64,000 nt of DNA from Octopus sinensis (Eukaryota): NCBI RefSeq assembly GCF_006345805.1, contig NW_021836291.1, positions 372,001 through 436,000 of the forward strand. The letters run 5' to 3'. Within the stretch, counting starts at the first letter, position 1; every line of letters begins with the position of its first letter. Shown here in pieces: positions 35,514-48,935 of this stretch. The notes under the pieces are model-generated. The model was not told the DNA's origin. It ran no database searches and saw nothing but the letters and a program-made list of their open reading frames with translations. Position numbers and translations under genes: made by a program.

Positions 35514-37661
35514 ATCAAATCGACGACTTCTATCAATGGAAATGGAGAATCTCTAGCAGAAATCAACAAACAAATTGACGAATTAATCAAGAAACATAAA
35601 ACTGACGAATGGAATGATTTTATCACTTCAATAACCCCAAATACTGGATCCCGTGCTTTCTGGAGAACCCTCAAGAAAATTCACACGAGGCAAACATGTC
35701 CCCTCTCACATGCCACCGGTATCTCGACCAAAAAATCTGTCCTATCTTTCCAGGATCAAGCCAACATCTAATTCGCCATTATGCAAAAATCAGTCACCTT
35801 CCTACCCCAAAGGATCTCCGTTTCGTAAGAAAATCACATTATAAGTCAAATGACAATTCTACTGACTATATTAACATCCCAGAATCATTTACCAGGCAAC
35901 TTGTTGTTAACTCGCGGAATTCTAACGCCAGAGGTCCTGATGGCCTTGCCATCCACCACCTAAAAAATCTGCGTCCTAATGGCTTTCTGGCTCTGACCAA
36001 TTTAATCGAATACTCGATCAACCACGGTCTGGTTCCTATGCTTTGGAAGAAATCTACCATCATCCCTATCCCAAAGCCAAATCGTGATACCTCTGACCCC
36101 TCCTCTTTTCGACCTATCTCTTTGATCTCAGTGGTTTCAAAAATAACAGAGCGAGTTGTATTGAGCATCATAAAACCTTTCCTCCCATTTGCTGAATCTC
36201 AACATGGCTTTCGTTCTTTGCATTCCACTTCCACCCATCTTTCAAAACTGACACAATTCATTGCGGATGGGTTTAACAATCATAAGCCACCTCAAAGAAC
36301 AATTATTGCATCCATCGACATTGAAAAGGCATTTGACAGAACGTCAAGACACGTTCTGTGTAGGAAAATAACCGATACGGAATTCCCCCACCAAATAAAG
36401 TCATGGCTACTCTCTTTTCTCTCTGGGCGTCTTGGTCGCACCACAATCATGTCTTCTTACTCACGCTACAAATACTTGCCTAACGGAGTTCCCCAAGGCT
36501 CGGTCCTTTCACCTGCCTTATTTAACTTACATCTGTCAAATATCCCGACGAACAATAATACTCTACTTCTCTCCTACGCTGATGACTTAATTTTTGCCTC
36601 CCGCCACCAAAACATAATCACCGCTTCTGGATTTCTGCAGGAACACATGAACACTCTTTCGTCCTGGCTGAAATGCAATCTTCTTCAACCTTCTCCTTCC
36701 AAATCATCTGTTACGCTATTCACAACTGACCGCCGTCAGTTCAACTTAGAGCCTAAACTATTCCTAGACAACACTCCACTCCCAGTTGAAAAATCCCCCA
36801 AAATCTTGGGTCTGATATTTGATTGCTGTTTGTCCTTCTCGAAACATGTTTCATATATCTGTGGAAAATCCCAGAAAAAACTCAATGTGCTCCGAGCTAT
36901 TGCGGGGACTTCATTTGGGCAGGATAAGGAAAGTCTAACAACTGTATACAAGCAGTTTATTAGAACAACTATGAACTACGCCATCCCTGCTTGGGGTTCC
37001 TGCTTATCTAATACAAACCTTGAAAAACTTCAGAGAACTCAAAACTCAGCATTACGAATTATTACCGGCTGTCTAAAAACGACACCTACCGACCACCTAC
37101 ATTGGGAATCGAAAATCCTTCCAATCAGTGACCATTTTGAAATGCTCGGGCTGCAATTTCTTGACAAATGCCGAACCCTAAATCACCCTGGCTACTTCCT
37201 CTGGCACTCCACTAACAACAGGAGAATAGTTCCGACCCTCGCGGACAAAGTCCGCAAGCTTATACGATCCCCTCCGGACATTAACCAGAAGGGGATTCAC
37301 GACCTGGTGGCTACGAGGGCAATCAGATGTCTTGGAATAAACAAGCTTCTGGGACGCCTTCCGCCGCCAATTAATAAGATCGAATCCTCCCTCTCAAGAG
37401 AAGCCCGAGTGAACTTGGCTCGTCTCCGCTGTGGCCACCATACTGGCCTACACGATTATCGCATAAAATCGGTCTTGGTGAAATAACCCCTTCCTATTCC
37501 CTCAACGACCTTTTCTCCTGTCCAGGCCCGCCTTCTACTTCCTCGGAACACCGGATCACGATCGGGGATCTTTGGGAGCGTCCGACATTGGCCCTAACGT
37601 TCTTGTTAGCCACCGGCTTCCTTCAATTGAAGGGGCCGGGGGTAAATAAATAAATAAATAA
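35514..37661 (+). mobile_element. LINE family A (Vingi/Ingi-like, no RNase H), 5'-truncated, with RT ORF, (TAAA)n tail and 12-bp TSD
   Basis: TSD atgaggcggagg at 35502-35513 and 37662-37673; 596-aa ORF with FRPISL, QHGFR, DIEKAFD, GVPQGSVLSP, YADD; single-base frameshifts at ~35768 and ~37470. Confidence 0.93.
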
Positions 37662-37989
37662 ATGAGGCGGAGGCTTGGAGGAGTTACGTCTTGGCCATAT
37701 TAAAGACCTTACGTTCACTTACATCTCAGAAGCTGGACGCTGTCTTGTCAATTACTCAATAATGGTTAATGGAAACATCCCAGAATTTGCCAGAGAATTG
37801 TTCTTCTCCGCAAGATTACTTGTTTTCAAAACACCCAAAGGTCTGGAACTATTTTAGAAGACCGTTTTGTTGACAATGTCGATGATTGACCCCCCTGCGT
37901 CGGTGAAAAGTGCTTTGTCTTTAGCTCAACAGATTATGTAATCAATCTGGTTGTATATCAATCTGTTTATAAATTCGCCGCCAGAATTT

Positions 37990-38400
37990 TTCCTATACCT
38001 TATTTATGTATTTTTATGTTTTGCTGGGTGCATAAATGCGGTGTTTAACAATCCGTTTGCCTGATAAAAATTTACATGCAATGTTTCTTTTCCCATTAAG
38101 GTTTCATTCGAGCATATTTTTATTCCCACTTTATCGTTAATGTCACCAGCTATGACAGTTATTGACGAGTGTGAAAGTTCAGAATAAACTTCAGGAGTAG
38201 AACAGTATATCTCAGTTGGGCCTTTTGCAATCAAATTATTGGTCTCAATTCCTTCTTTATCACAAATCCTTGCCCAAAATGTCTGCATTCCCTCTTGAAT
38301 AAGATGAAATGATAGCCCGATAGTTCCTCTTCTAGTCCATTATGCAGTTTTGTTTTCGGCAAGCATCCAATTCTTACACATCTTCGCACAGTGATGTTCT
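37990..38400 (-). mobile_element. RTE-like endonuclease fragment
   Basis: IAGDINDKVG...LLNTAFMHPAKHKNT. Confidence 0.65.
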
Positions 38401-38629
38401 TTTCAATGATTTTTTGATTTCTCTGACGTTAAATGAAAGTAGCGAGAATGTTATATCTGTGAGTTTCTTGTACTTTCAGACTGTTATAAAGAGATACGAT
38501 ACCAGCTCAACCAAATGAGATATTTCTCCATTTTAATTAATTTACTAATTTTAGCGTGAATTTTGAATCTATGCATTTCTCTTTTTCAAAGGCTTCAAAT
38601 CAAATCAAAATTTATTCCAAAGACCACCG

Positions 38630-39150
38630 TTAACCAAAAGAAAAAACTAACTAGGTGATCCCGACGAATTTGATCATTGCTCTCAGCTTCGCTCTGTGCT
38701 GCTCTCTTGAGCCCACACAAGATCGTTGAGGGCGGATCGTTTCTTTATACCATTGATGCCCTTTTGTATTCTTCTCAATGAGAGTTTCGAAAGAGATTGG
38801 TGGTTTGATAGCTTCACCTGTATACCACCTTTCGGTAAGTGTGAAAGCTCTTTTCTGGGTTGCGGAAATTTTACGGATGTTTGTATTCGAAATCAGTGGC
38901 CCCCATGAGGCACAAACATATGAGATACATGGTTCGATATACTGTGAGTAGAGTGTTTTAAGTATAGGGTGATTTCCCATTTTCCATAGACCAGTTAGGC
39001 ATTTCAGGAGGTTGATTTTCTTTTCACATTTGTTCAGCACATTTGTGACATGTTTAGAGAAGTTCATGTGCGTGTCATAAGCTAATCCCAATATCTTTTG
39101 CCATTTGCTGAAAGGTAATACTCTTCCCTCCACAACAACTTCGATTGAAG
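38630..39150 (-). mobile_element. LINE family B-related 3' fragment
   Basis: KILGLAYD...LYSQYIEPCISY...RSCVGSREQHRAKLRAMIKFVGIT*, the same C-terminus as 23714-24088. Confidence 0.8.
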
Positions 39151-39379
39151 TTTTTGATTAAATATTTACAGCTTCAAATAAATATTTACAAAGACTTCAT
39201 TAATCGCTTCATTAATTTTTTTATTTGGTATTGTAAATACAACGAAACCTATTTTTATGGCGAATTTTATTTTTTAATTATTACAATAATATAATACCCT
39301 TCTCGGCTAGCAAATCAGTTAGGTTAAACACTTTCACAATTTCCTTGCCGAACAACTGACCCAAAATGTCTCAATGCTC

Positions 39380-41045
39380 TTTAGATCAGACAAAATGAAA
39401 CAAATGCCACCTCGGCACAAAATGACACAATTTCGTTCATTAGATTATGAACATGTGAGCTTATTCCCACAAAATATACATTGTCCTTAAAAGATACACG
39501 AATACTCCACTTTAGCTTAACCAGTCGACTGAAAAAAGCATACCCCCGCCGCCTATATTTTGAGACAACCTCCTTACTGGGAGGCCTCAACAAATTCACC
39601 AACTTGCACATCAATTGGCGGAAAATTAAGTTTTTCTAAGATAGCTGCAATCCTGGGCAAAGCTGTATCGACAATCGTGTCAAAATCAATCAGAACTACA
39701 CACAATCACTCCTACGACAACTCCTCTTTCACTAGCCTTTTTAGTTCATGACTGTAGGCACGTAGTTCAGACATTCTCCTAAAAAAATCACCCTGTACAA
39801 ACAGAACCTCAAATGCACCGATATCTCCCTGAAGGAAAAAAGATTACTGGGAAATGATGATATTAAAGAAATTATTGCAATTTCCCTGAAAACATCGAAC
39901 AAAAAATCTCTATTGTGAACTTATATGTTCCCAGTTCCTGCCCAAAGTCTCATATTATACCTACGCTATCTAACCTCTCTCCTCTAAAAGACGCTATCAT
40001 TGGAGAAGAAATGAACGCTAAGCAGTCCTTTTGGTTTGCTGGACAAACTTCGAACCAAGAAAGAATCAACTACTATCGCAAATCGGTTTTCTTACGGCCC
40101 TGAATGACCGTACAGAAAATTAAAAAACCCTATACAGGGCAACTGATAAGGCGACCTCGCCAGACATCACCCGCTGCTCTCTGTCTGCAATAAGATCCAT
40201 CCTATAATTCCAACAGTCACCACAATCCTATTATCTTGAGAATTAAGAACTGTTCCCCGAAGAAATGCCTAATCAACTATAAACACACGGATTGGACTAT
40301 ACCAAAATCGTACAGATCAATATTTGAAGAATCTTTGTCTGGACAATTAAACTCCTCTGGACAAAATAATTGCCTACTTCAACAGTTCTATCTTGGTGGC
40401 TTATTTTATTTCTGCTCCAAAACATCACAAAAATTTCTCGAGAAGGGTTGGCAAGGCACGCCTAGAAAAAAAGAATCCAACTCAAAAAGTCTGAAAAACC
40501 AACCAACTCAAGCTCTGATTGAAGGCCTTGAACGAGGAAATAAGAAACAAGGAGCTCTATCCCCACAGAAGCAAATGGTCCCGAGTGCTGTCCTCCATGA
40601 ACAAAAACAGCATAGACGGCATCAATTTGGAACGCCATCCGGGAAACGGCCTGCGCTGAGAGAAATCATCGAATGATGACCACACCGAAAAAGATCTCAA
40701 CAATTTTATGAAGTTCTACGTAAAAATTTCGCATAAAGATCATCAAAAGTCGGTTCCGCCAACACGGATTTTAAGAAGGAAGATATACTCTGACACACTT
40801 ATTCAGTTTGACTAGCTTTATTTAGCAGGGATTCTCACAAAAGTCGGGTCACCAAAATGCCGTTTTCTATACTATTGACCTAAAAAAGGTTTTCGATTCA
40901 GTGACGGAAAAACTCTTATCCAAAAAATATTTATATCAAAAATCCCAGCCAATCTTAAACCGTGGATATCAAACTTTATCAGTGGTCGAAGAGGCCGTGT
41001 TTGCATTAGACAATCGAGTCAGGATCACGCCTCATCCCAAACTAA
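39380..41045 (+). mobile_element. Heavily decayed Ingi/Vingi-like LINE (EN and RT remnants)
   Basis: NLYVPSSCPKSHIIPTL (EN), INYKHTDW, and FDS/SGRRGRVC RT remnants near 40890-41040. Confidence 0.65.
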
Positions 41046-41299
41046 GGTCAGTGGTCCTTACGCTGTGAAATAGTTTAGATATGTGTTTACAATTTTTTTA
41101 ATATAAATTGCCTCTTCACATAAACTATCCGAGTTTCTTTGCGAAAAAAGTTTTTTTCGTTAAATAAATATTAGATTTTTTCTGATATCAGTGATGAGAT
41201 AATTTTAAAATTAATAAGTGTTGTCGATCATGAGAGTGAATATTTATTATGAATAATATGCTAGATTCTAGCTGTGAAGACAATGTCTCTTGAACTTAA

Positions 41300-41821
41300 A
41301 AATGTTCTTGATGACGGCTTCCCACTTACTTGGATTGAAGAATTAAATTGAAAAATATATACTTAAAATTAATGAAGTAGATCTTAAGCTTTTTGTCAAT
41401 CTTTTTTTCGTAAAAGTTTATAATTCACCTTCAAATATTCAAGAGTCAAAAATCTTATTTGAATCTGCACCATTAATTGAATTTTGGTTTAAAATGGTAT
41501 CAAAATATCACAACATTGGATTTTATATAATCGATTTTTGCTTTTTTCCGACTACATATCTCTGCGAACAAGGATTTTCATCGTTGTTCAGTTTAATATC
41601 AGTTCATCTTCCTCGTGCAAAGCTGAATGTTGTTTATGATATTCGGGTGTGTCTTTCGTCAAAGAATTCCGAAATTGATAGATTAGGGTTTGATAAACAA
41701 CACCATCCATCTCACTAATTAAATAATTTTTATCTTGATTTTTTTTAAATCAATAAGGGATACGCGAAAAATTATTTAGATGGCAAAAGGTACGCAAGGC
41801 AAAAAAGTTTGAAAACTACTG
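41300..41821 (+). mobile_element. 3' end of a Buster/Charlie-type hAT transposon
   Basis: FPTTYLCEQGFS...LNVVYDIRVCLS...KQHHPSH* resembles the ZBED8/SCAND3 C-terminus; terminus aaaaagtttgaaaactactg followed by the CTAGA-containing site tgctagaa. Confidence 0.8.
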
Positions 41822-42090
41822 TGCTAGAATATGAACAATACTCAACATAAAGATCACAAATAGGTCAATATTCAATCAAATGATCAGTCCATCTGTCACA
41901 TTCTAACTCATATAACATTCAGCAATATTTTCAGAGATGATGTCTATGGGTAATTAAATGCTTTTGAAAAAATTGCTAATTACTAGTGACGTAAAAAAGC
42001 AGTGCTGCGGCTAAATAAAGCAGTAGCCTAATCAATATTATGCGCGTGTTGCCAATAAATAAGGCGTCAGCTCCCAAAAATATATTCTGT

Positions 42091-44796
42091 ATGAAAGGTA
42101 GGCGATATTCTTTAAATAAAAATGCACTTTAGAAAAAGAAATACTTCTCAATGATATAAAGAGATATGTATAAATTTAAAAATAACTCATAGACAAAACA
42201 AGTTTTCGAAGACTCCGTGATTCTCCACCACATCAGAGAGGACAGTGGCAGCGTAGTATTACTCTGCGGTAAAATCTCAATTACAACTAAAGACGGCTAA
42301 AGTGAGTCTAAAGGCCATTTTTGGCCACAAACTAAAAATTCGCTATAATAAATATCCTCGTCACATCGACATCGTCTCCAATAAATGTCCTCTCGTCAAT
42401 CAGGTCGAAAAAGATCTCAAACAGCGGAGAAAGAATCGCTGGCACAAAAAGTCGTGATATTTTATTATTTATAAGCATAAACGAGGATATTTGGTGGATC
42501 TCCGTCTCCATCACTTCAAGGCTTCTTCCTGGAATAATCCGCTACTTCATGATGAAGTCAAAGTTCCATTTAATTCCCTGATTTATAGAAAATACTACGA
42601 TGAGGGCGCCTTCATGCGAGACGAAGAAATGTGTGACCTACTACTCAGCCTCCTTGACGGTCCCTGTAGTCTTGAGTACAGCCTTTCCTCCTCGAACTTG
42701 CACCTGTGGACTGATCCACACGCGGATGAGTTAATGAGTCGGTGTTTGATGGGAGCTGTCAATGCTACTTCCCCTTCTGTGGATCAAATGAGTGAAGAAA
42801 TGAATTATTTGACTGTCCATGTCGATTCTTTATAATTTAGAAGTACAACTCCAAAAATGAACTCGAGTGGGCCAAAGATTGTGCCGACAGTCTGCACAGG
42901 AGCAGTAAAGTTCAGACAGTTTATGCAAAAAACTACGTTATGTGACAGATGTGGGATGTTTTTGTTAATTAAAGAGCCATTGGGGAGAGTTGCCAGGCTA
43001 CTTCTCCATTCAAGGAAAGGGAAAAGATATCAATTTAACGTGGACGGCCAATTTTGCACTGAGAAGCGGGTATTTAGTGGAATTTGTCATTCATTCAAGG
43101 CTGTTTGGGCACTCCACGCTGAGGAAGGTTGCATTAGGCGATGTTGGCTATATTCTTATGCTGAGGAAAAGTAGTAGAATTTAGTTATTTTGCAGATGAG
43201 GCTGGAGTTTTAGTATTTCAGGCCAAATATGGACATGTCGCTCTAAAATTGACATTTTCAGCTTGGAAAGATGCCAATAACGCAATCATCGCATTAGAAG
43301 AAGCCATCTCGACTAACATATTCTCACTGTCCCCTTCTCCACGCAAGTCTTTGACTGGTTGTATCGTTTTGTAATGTCAGGGAACTCCCCAGAAGTTATC
43401 GTTTTTTCGACAGGATTGAAAACAAAACAATTCGAATTAATTAGATCAAGAGATTGCAATGACGTTGATGATCGACTTTCTGCGACATATGAATGCATTC
43501 GATTACAAATATTGACTCGTTTTTTTGATGAATGTATATTTTTGGAATTAATCGACAGGGAATTATAATGTCAAACTGTCGCTTAAATACCGTGCCGTAA
43601 AGTCGAGTTTGGTAAACCCTACACAACTTGAGCCTGATCATGGCGAAAGTGATGGAGTAACTTTAGCAGTTTGGAAAGCAAATGTTTCTTTGGAAAACTT
43701 ATTTCGACGGGCATACTTTGGAACTGTGGAAAGTTCAATAAGACACGAAGTGTGGCCAGTCTTGCTGGAGAATGCGCTCAACGGAAGGGAAGACTATGAA
43801 AGGAAGCTCGAAATATGTCTGGCCACCATTGCCTGTTCAAAGGAAGGCAGTCGTTGTAACAATGTGGCACAAAACAAGTCAAAATATTCGTTAAAAAGAA
43901 GAAGCTCAACCTCGCTGAACGGAACATCTTTTGTAGGCAACAGACGCACCAGTCAGGACGAAGACTGTCCCACAAAGAGCTATGTAGCCTGTGTCTAATT
44001 ACACCCAGGAATTGTTCATGCAGAGTGTGGTGGCCAACGCCAATAAAATAAGCAAGGACACAGTCCGTTGTGACAGAAATTATAAAAAGAATAATTCGCT
44101 TTTTTTCGAGAAAGAAAACATTCAGAAATTGGACCGTATTCTGATTGTGTTTGTATTGGGTAAGACATTACAAATTAGCTATGCTGTTGATAAATTGGAG
44201 GTTGGCTACGTTCAAGGCATGTGCGATTTACTCGCTCCTTTTTTGGTTGTTTTAGAAGAAGGTCCCCATTAAGTGCTCAAGTTTTAGAATTTACTGCCTA
44301 CACATGTTTCACTTCACTCATGGCCAAGAAATGGGGGAGTTTTCCTCTAAAGGAAACGATGGAAACGAACTTTCGATTGTTGTCAGTGGTCACTGAGGTA
44401 TATCATATATTACTAATGTGGATAATTGACCGAGAGTTGTATGAGTATATTATTCAGTTGACTGATGGAGCACAATTTTATTTTTGTTATCGCTGGTTTC
44501 TGCTTGATTTCAAACGCGAGTTTTCCTACGTGGATACCTTCAAGACGTGGGAGGTCATTTGGAGTGCACGTCACGTATCTTCCCACTGCTTTGAGGTGTT
44601 TATCGCCTCTGCTCTGCTACAAATACACAGGAATATAATTTTGCACTATAAAATGGGCTTTGCTGATATCATCAAGTTTTTTAACGGTACCCACTTCATT
44701 AATGACATTGTAGAGAGGGCGGAGAAACACAATGTTGAGGACGTGTTGGATAGAGCCAGGAAAATCGCACTTTTCTTTCAGAAATTAAATCATTAG
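42091..44796 (+). CDS. SGSM1/2: Small G protein signaling modulator (RUN + TBC Rab-GAP), multi-exon
   Basis: ILLNDIKRY|TKQVFEDSV..HIREDS, LLDGPCSLEY...WTDPHADEL, RHEVWP, KDTVRCDRN, GYVQGMCDLLAP, FYFCYRWFLLDFKREF. Confidence 0.9.
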
Positions 44797-44844
44797 AATT
44801 TGCTAATTTTTTGTTGTATTAACTTTAAATATTCCTAAACAAAT

Positions 44845-46130
44845 TCATTCATGTTTTAACTTAGTCAACAGCCAACGATGACTATACTATATGTCCACAA
44901 GAGGGACAAACGAGCGGGTCAGTGTTTATAGCCGCATGTCCCTCCACAGAGAAAGGGTTGAACAAATCAGTTTCCCCGTCAATCCTTAAGGAGCTTGTTA
45001 TCTGGTCGTCAATGTTCTGAATCGTCACATATTTAAAATTCTCTCTTAGTAATGTGCTGTCGAAAACATTTAAAATATCCACGACATTCTTTTTAGTTTC
45101 CTATAATGAAACGTGACTTGTTTGTCTTACCAAACTGTCCTTAAATGGTTTATCGTTGAGTTTTTGTGAGGTATCTTTTGCAGGGGATGTAACACTGGCC
45201 ATTCCTGAAGGGCTGCTAATTTTTCGGGGAGTACTCGTCATGATTGGCACAAAACGAGATATGTTTATGCTTTCATTATCACTCGACTTTGTTTGACAGT
45301 TTGCTACTAATTGAGCATATTCTGTTCTCATTCGGTCATATTCGTTCACTCCATCGTCAGTTGTGCTATTTATTTGAGTCGATTCCACAGGAAAATCGCT
45401 CGTTTGCATTGACTGGACAACAAAAAACTGATCTCCCGAAAAGGTGAGTTGGTCAGATGGCCCTTGCTTACTGTGCTCAGTCATTTCCACTGTTTGGTTA
45501 ATTGAAAACATGTTTTGAAAAGAATAAAAGCCCTCATTGGTCGACCAATTGGAGAACAAATTAACATCATTGGCTGTGCTTTGGAATGTCGGGTCCCAAC
45601 AACTTTGCCGAGTCACATTATGCTTAAAATTAATCGTCGAATTCTTCCAAGTATTTCCACTAACAGGACTAAAATGTTCCTTGCTTTCAGGACAGTGACG
45701 TTTGGGTCTGTCATTAGTTGCCCTCTGCCTTTTATGGGGTACTGCTGTAAAGTTCTCGCTGGGAATAATGGAGAATATACTATCTATATGAGATTAATCT
45801 TATCATAATGGTCGCTTGCTAATGAAAAATTTTACTGTTTGTCTTTGAGGCGTCTAATAAAATGTTGCCTCTCCTGGTCTGAAGTTTGGAGGAGAACACG
45901 TGGCTTTTATCGCCGTATAATTGCATCACTTGGGCTCTCCTATTGTTGGACTCGTAGTTTGGACATTCTACGACTGTGGCCTAAATTATATGCCTGGATT
46001 GGTAGAGTTCCCGTACTGGGAAAAACTGTTCTTTACATTTTTGGGTGTACTTTCCTTTTCTTTGGGTCGTGCCATGTTGACGACTCTTGACTGAAGTTTC
46101 ATCTTTTTGCTAAAATAATTCTTTTATCTA
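44845..46130 (-). CDS. Hypothetical Ser/Thr-rich protein with a C-terminal CxxC..H motif; 5' exons uncertain
   Basis: ORFs 45101-45616 and 44882-45082 can be joined by a 30-nt GT-AG intron; ends PLVCPSCGHI|LKHE*. Confidence 0.5.
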
Positions 46131-46399
46131 AATAATTGATTTCACTTTTTGTATCATTTTCTCAGTATTAATTCCATATTTTTTTGTGTTAATCCAGTTC
46201 ATTCCAAAATCACTTAACTAATTAAACATTATCACAACAAGCTTGAAAATTTTGGCGCATATAGAGAATAATATATTGATTATTAATGATCATTACTAAG
46301 AAAAATAACTATTAATAAAATACATTGACTTTAATTCTTAAAAACCTTAACTTTACAATGAATAAATCCTTAAGAATAAATATTTAAACAACTGCCGTA

Positions 46400-48580
46400 G
46401 CGTGGCGTTATGCTCACCAACTCGCTTGAATCTCGCAATTCAGACGTATTTGGAAACGCGCAGGGGGCACCTAATGCACCTAATTCACGGCCCTCCAGCT
46501 ACACATCAACGGGACCAAAGGGAAGATTGGACCGGAAAGCGAAAGGAAGGGGTGGTCTTCTCACTTTAATCAGAAAACCTGAAATTCACAGACGTCTCCA
46601 CTGAAGTGAGGAACCTTATTGAAGCTGATGAGGTTTGCGAGTTAATCGGGATCTCGCTGGGTACAACGAAGGGACGTTTATGGCTCGTCAATATGTACAT
46701 TCCACCTCCCGGCTCTTGTCCAAGGAGCTATAGCCTCCCAACTCTCTCAAAACTGGCACGCATCGACGGAGTTATCTTATGCGGTGACTTTAATGCAAAA
46801 CACCCCTTTGGCTTTCAACTCATTTGGCGGATATGGGAGGGAAATCTTTACTTTTCCAATTGGACTCTCAAAAGAGAAGTTGTCACCAGGAAAGTTCCAA
46901 TTCCATACAATTACAAAGCGGCGAAATGGTCATGTTCCAAGAGATATTGAACACGAGACTAAAGAATTGCAATCTGTGCAACTTTAGCTTTTTTTCGAAG
47001 ATTATTCTGGAAGCAATGGCTATACCAAAACGTCCATCTCACGCTGCTGAAGGAGATCCGACCTGGCCAAGGAGAGAAATCGCCTCAAGAAGTCAAACCG
47101 AATGTCTTCCGACATAATTACTCGCATCAGATATTCGAACAAGGAATTGAAGACCTGTCTAAAGTGAAATCCCATTCTTTCTACCGTGAACCGTAATCGT
47201 TCAACGGGAGAAGTGTGGAAAGCCATTCGGCACGTGGCCAGGGGGGACGTTCCCGAATCTTCCGAAGATTACGATCAAAAAGACGTGAACAACCTCATCA
47301 AATTCTATGCGAAAACTGCACACAAGGAGCACAGGAAATCTGATTCATTCCCCTCTAACAGAAGCCTAAAGAAACGGGCGGAACCTCTTCTCCTCTCGGT
47401 AAAGGAGGTGGAAGATACCTTGCACTCCACAAAATGATAGTACTCTCATGGCCCGGACAAAATCCCGGTAATTCTATTAAAAAACCTTGGTGTCGAAGGA
47501 CTCACGTTCCTAACATCTATCTTCAACTATTCAATCAACAACAATGTGATTCCGTCATTGTAGAGAGGGTCAAGTCCACTTACAGTTACTGACGGAATTC
47601 ACTCGTACCGGTTTTGCCAGCAAACCGAGGCACCAATAGAACGTGTTTTGGTCCGTAGACATTCACAAAGCCTTCGACTCTGTCTCGAGGAAGCTCCTAT
47701 CAAGGAAGATATTCCAAACTGAATTTCTTCCAAAACTTGAAATTCCTCTTCCTAAGTTGGCGAAGGGGGAGGGTGTGCCTCGGAGGCGTGAAGTCCACAT
47801 CTCGTCTCCTTTCCAACGGAGTACCTCAGGGATCCCCCTTATCCCCGGCCCTTTTCCTGGAAGATGTCCCGTCCTCCCTCGACAATAATGACATTGTCCT
47901 TTCGGACGACATCGTATGGACCGGGACATCCAGAAGACTTCTGAAAGGCTCCAAGCTAACTTGAATTGGCTCAACCTATAGCTAACTGACAACCGACTCG
48001 TGGTAAACGCGGCGAAGTCCGTCACGTCTCTTTTCACATCTGACAAAAGATTGTGAAGGGTTTCGGTCGACTTGAAGTTGAATAATGTGTCCGTACCCTT
48101 CTACAGAAATCAGATGGTCTAGGGGTAACCCTCGACGTGCACCTCTGCTTCTCCCCGCAGGCAGACAACCTCCTTCGTAAATGGGAGGAAAAAATTAACA
48201 TGCCTATCCGGTTTATGGAAAAACGGTTCCCACCAGGTATTGGCAAATATTTACTGCCAATACTTCGAACCATCAATTGCCTACGCCTGCGGATCATGGG
48301 GTCCGCGGTTAGGGTGGTCCAACAGGAGGCGAATCGAGGAAGTTCAACAAAGGGCCCTCAAATTAACCGAACGTTGGTCACACGATAACGAACGCCCCAG
48401 AAGACCTAATCAAGCTGAACCTCGATCTGTCGGCAAATGCTCCGTCAAAAACGGCCTGCCCCCAGGTGGGATCTTGTGTGGGCTCGTAGAAAGATTACTG
48501 AGCGAAGATGAGGTCCCTGGTCGAGTGCATCGAGATCACGTGACGTTTGTTGATTTTTACCGTGGTCTTGACGGTTAAAT
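46400..48580 (+). mobile_element. Decayed near-full-length LINE related to family B (EN to C-terminus)
   Basis: TALQLHING, LVNMYIPPPGSCP, CGDFNAKH, GPDKIP, VDIHKAFD, GVPQGSPLSP, FEPSIAYACGSW. Confidence 0.85.
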
Positions 48581-48935
48581 ACAAAAATAAGAATCTAATT
48601 GACAATTTGTTTCTTTGGGGTTTTGATTAATTTGTATTGAATTTAATCTCTGGTTCCATCATTCAATTATTATAAATAACGTCATCCTGAGAGACATCAC
48701 TTTCAAGGTCATTATTAACTAATTTTAAAATTTCTGGAAAAATTAAAAACCCATTAATAAAATTGAATTAAAAAGTATCTTTTACCATTAGTCTCCCATA
48801 GAGGCCCCAATACTTTGTAAAGCCTAATTAAATTTTAAACAAAGGGGAATTAATATTATCAACAATTGAGTCTTAACACGATCTTATATAAGTCATGCGC
48901 AGTGAAGCTGATATATGTATATTTCATTGTCAGGA

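Larger units (their letters stand above)
32830..37930 (+). mobile_element. CRE-like LINE 5' half with PHD finger, interrupted by a hAT element and a Vingi-like LINE
   Basis: CLFC...CTPCESFAHLGC (PHD), IPKVVQIA...SWEAWLKL, LLEGDVWKAVR, LRLGHIKDL...NGNIPEFARELFF are colinear once the two insertions are removed. Confidence 0.75.

Noticed and set aside
39370-39420. Second degenerate 2A (MLFRS..ETN) before a decayed PHD/EN; similar weak GDVEKIDP at ~830 and CGEV*S at ~32870
   Set aside because: Each needs several substitutions or indels and could be chance; noted only as places to check against consensus sequences.
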